DNA of 63,889 nt, the filler included, from Acidimicrobiia bacterium (lineage in GTDB: Bacteria; Actinomycetota; Acidimicrobiia; Spongiisociales; SHLN01): assembly GCA_041619515.1 (NCBI GenBank). It is 3 parts of 3 records of this genome, joined end to end, with 100 filler letters (N's around TTAATTAATTAA, not from the genome) between each part and the next. Parts side by side here need not be neighbours in the genome. Positions count along the whole stretch, not along the records: positions 56,111 to 63,889 come from JBFKDW010000103.1; 2 more parts are not named here. One strand, 5' to 3'. Each line of letters opens with the position of its first letter. The first letter of the stretch is position 1. The translations under genes and the position numbers were made by a program. Below, one piece after another: positions 61,830-63,889 of the stretch. The notes below the pieces were generated by a model, which saw nothing but the letters and a program-made list of their open reading frames with translations, made no database searches and was not told where the DNA came from.

Positions 61830-62750
61830 ATGCCCGAGAAATACCGGTTGGTCACCCGGAGTGACTTCGACGGCCTCGTATGCGCCGTGCTGCTCAGAGA
61901 GATGGAACTGATCGACGACATCGTCTTCGTGCACCCCAAGGACATGCAGGACGGACTCGTCGAGATCACCGGCCGGGACATCACCACCAACCTGCCGTTC
62001 GTGGCAGAGGCACACCTGGCATTCGACCATCACCACAGCGAGACCATCCGCAACGAGGGTACGGCGCCCAACCACATCATCGACGGCGATGCTCCCTCCG
62101 CCGCCCGGGTGGTGTACGACCACTTCGGCGGCGCCGAGCGGTTCCCGGCCGTGGCCGCCGACATGATGGATGCCGTCGACAAGGCCGACAGTGCCATGTA
62201 CGAGCTCAACGACATCATCTTTCCCGAGAAGTGGGCACTGCTGAACTTCGTGATGGACGCCCGCACGGGGCTGGGGCGCTTCCGCGACTTCCGCATCTCC
62301 AACTATCAGTTGATGATGGAGCTCATCGAATATTGCCGCAGCCACGATATCGACGACATCCTCGAACTGCCCGACGTCAAGGAGCGGACCGAGCTCTACA
62401 TGGAGCACGACGGGCCGTTCAAGGAGCAGATCAAGCGGTGTTCGACCCAGCACGGCAAGGTGGTGATCCTCGACCTGCGGGGCGAGGACGTGATCTTCGC
62501 CGGCAACCGGTTCATGATCTACGCCCTCTATCCCGACGCCGAAGTCTCGGTGCACGTGCTGTGGGGACGGCAGAAGCAGAACACGGTGTTTGCGGTCGGC
62601 AAGTCGATTATCAACCGCGATTCTCGTCACAACATCGGCGAGCTCATGCTGGAGTACGGCGGCGGTGGCCATCGCAATGCCGGTACCTGCCAGGTTCCCC
62701 ACGAGGATGCCGAGCGGGTGTTGCGAGAAATCGTCGACCGCCTGCAGTAG
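61830..62750 (+). CDS. DHH-family phosphoesterase (exopolyphosphatase/nanoRNase-like)
   Basis: TRSDFDG, FDHH, SAARV and GGGGH. Confidence 0.88.
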   Translation: MPEKYRLVTRSDFDGLVCAVLLREMELIDDIVFVHPKDMQDGLVEITGRDITTNLPFVAEAHLAFDHHHSETIRNEGTAPNHIIDGDAPSAARVVYDHFGGAERFPAVAADMMDAVDKADSAMYELNDIIFPEKWALLNFVMDARTGLGRFRDFRISNYQLMMELIEYCRSHDIDDILELPDVKERTELYMEHDGPFKEQIKRCSTQHGKVVILDLRGEDVIFAGNRFMIYALYPDAEVSVHVLWGRQKQNTVFAVGKSIINRDSRHNIGELMLEYGGGGHRNAGTCQVPHEDAERVLREIVDRLQ

Positions 62751-62780
62751 TACCCCGGGCCCGGTGACGGCCGGCGGCCG

Positions 62781-63049
62781 GTGGCGGTGCTTGAAGCCAT
62801 CCAGGCGCGACCGCGACGCGTGCCGCCGATCTCGCCGCCGAGTTCGGTCTCGAGAAGCAACCCTTCAAACAGCGGGTGGTGAAACTCAAGAACCTCGGCC
62901 TCACCATCAGCCTCCCGACCGGCTACCAGCTCTCGCCGAGGGGCGCCGCCTACCTGCGCCATCGCATCGGCGGAGGCGGCCGAGAATCGTCGAAAAACCC
63001 GGGAAAAAATTCGCCCGCCGGGGATCACACGCCCCGGCGGATCGGCTAG
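62781..63049 (+). pseudogene. Frameshifted C-terminal winged-helix remnant (ASCH-associated actinobacterial protein type)
   Basis: VLEAIQARP / frameshift near 62813 / RAADLAAEFGLEKQPFKQRVVKLKNLGLTISLPTGYQLSPRGAAYL. No N-terminal half is present. Confidence 0.6.
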
Positions 63050-63148
63050 ACATCGCGCGACACCGCGGTGGCGGGGCCGGCACCTTCCGGTGGGGCCGTC
63101 GTCCACCGCTCGTGCTGCAGGAATCGCACCAAACAAGGGAGTCCCCAC

Positions 63149-63739
63149 ATGCGGCGTCTGTTGGCATTACTGATCCTCACCGTGATCGCCGGTGGCTGCG
63201 GCGGGTCCTCGAGCAGCGGCTCGACCAACCCGAGCGAACCGCAGGACACCACAACGACCACCCCGGTGCCGTCGGACACGGTGGGCACACCGACCACCGC
63301 CGACGGGCTCATCGACGTGGGCGAATTTCGCGGCGATCTTCCGGCCCCCTGTTCCTTCCTCGATGGGCCGACCATGACCGGGATCCTTGGTTCCGAGGTG
63401 ACGGTTGAGGAGTCCTTCGGCACCGACTGCTTCTACGAGCCGGTGGGCGGCATGGCAGCCGGCCCCTCGGCGCAGACCAGCGCATGGGCGATGCCCGAGG
63501 CCGACTGCGTCAACTTTCTCCAGACCGAGCCCATCTTCCCGGGAGAGGTGGTGGCGGCGGCGCCCGGATATGGGGACCGGGGCACATTGATTACCAGCGA
63601 GTATTCGACCTCACTGGACGTGTGTGTGGCCGGTGCCGAGGTGATCGTGAAAATCATGGGGGAACCGAGTGTCACAACGCCGGAGCAGAGATTGGCGGCG
63701 GCCCAGGCGGTGCTGGAGGCGATCGTCGGCCAGCTGTGA
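63149..63739 (+). CDS. Lipoprotein with paired Cys (DUF3558-like)
   Basis: AAGGGAG RBS, lipobox IAGGC, Ser/Thr linker and PCSFL...CFY. Confidence 0.8.
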   Translation: MRRLLALLILTVIAGGCGGSSSSGSTNPSEPQDTTTTTPVPSDTVGTPTTADGLIDVGEFRGDLPAPCSFLDGPTMTGILGSEVTVEESFGTDCFYEPVGGMAAGPSAQTSAWAMPEADCVNFLQTEPIFPGEVVAAAPGYGDRGTLITSEYSTSLDVCVAGAEVIVKIMGEPSVTTPEQRLAAAQAVLEAIVGQL

Positions 63740-63759
63740 CCGGGTGACCGGCGGCCGGG

Positions 63760-63888
63760 CTACTGGCCGAAGCGGCGCTCTCGCTGGGTGTAGTTGCGCA
63801 GCTCGCGCAGGAAATCGACCCGCCGGAATGCCGGCCAGTAGACGTCGACGAAGCTGTATTCGCTGTAGGCAGCCTGCCAGAGGAGGAA
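63760..63888 (-). CDS. uppS: cis-Isoprenyl diphosphate synthase, 3' end
   Basis: [10 protein letters not shown]...WPAF...RERRFG. Confidence 0.88.
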   Translation of the reverse strand, partial: FLLWQAAYSEYSFVDVYWPAFRRVDFLRELRNYTQRERRFGQ

Positions 63889-63889
63889 G

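Overview
High-GC actinobacterial DNA. Gene content and order suggest Acidimicrobiia, which is an inference. The window is three separate contigs (1-28081, 28182-56010, 56111-63889) joined by artificial 100-nt N44-TTAATTAATTAA-N44 spacers, so adjacency across the gaps is not biological evidence. Contig 1 holds a ~19-kb surface-glycan locus (several GT2/GT4 glycosyltransferases, WecB, Wzm/Wzt ABC exporter, a GT-C-like membrane protein, a priming phosphoglycosyltransferase and a secreted M15 peptidase with FG-GAP-like repeats). It continues with pepA, pduO, an FKBP lipoprotein, tkt, a frameshifted DUF222-HNH gene with a perfect LexA box and a PafBC-like promoter, and a partial lipA. Contig 2 holds prfA-prmC-tsaC-glyA, a complete F1Fo atp operon, korAB, an amidase, a nitroreductase, sodX/sodN (Ni-SOD with an unusual His-Cys-His hook), murJ, a 4-gene ABC system and the tail of a bacterial microcompartment operon. 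Contig 3 holds a truncated secreted RTX-vWA-Ca-repeat protein, an ACT protein, dps, a zincin lipoprotein, a DHH phosphoesterase, two gene remnants, a lipoprotein and a partial uppS. I saw no CRISPR array, rRNA or tRNA. The best leads are the Ni-SOD hook variant, the DNA-damage-wired DUF222-HNH module with its divergent acidic small protein, the microcompartment fragment, and a tandem-repeat leader on a small ORF opposite atpC. All family assignments come from motif recognition by eye, with no database search.
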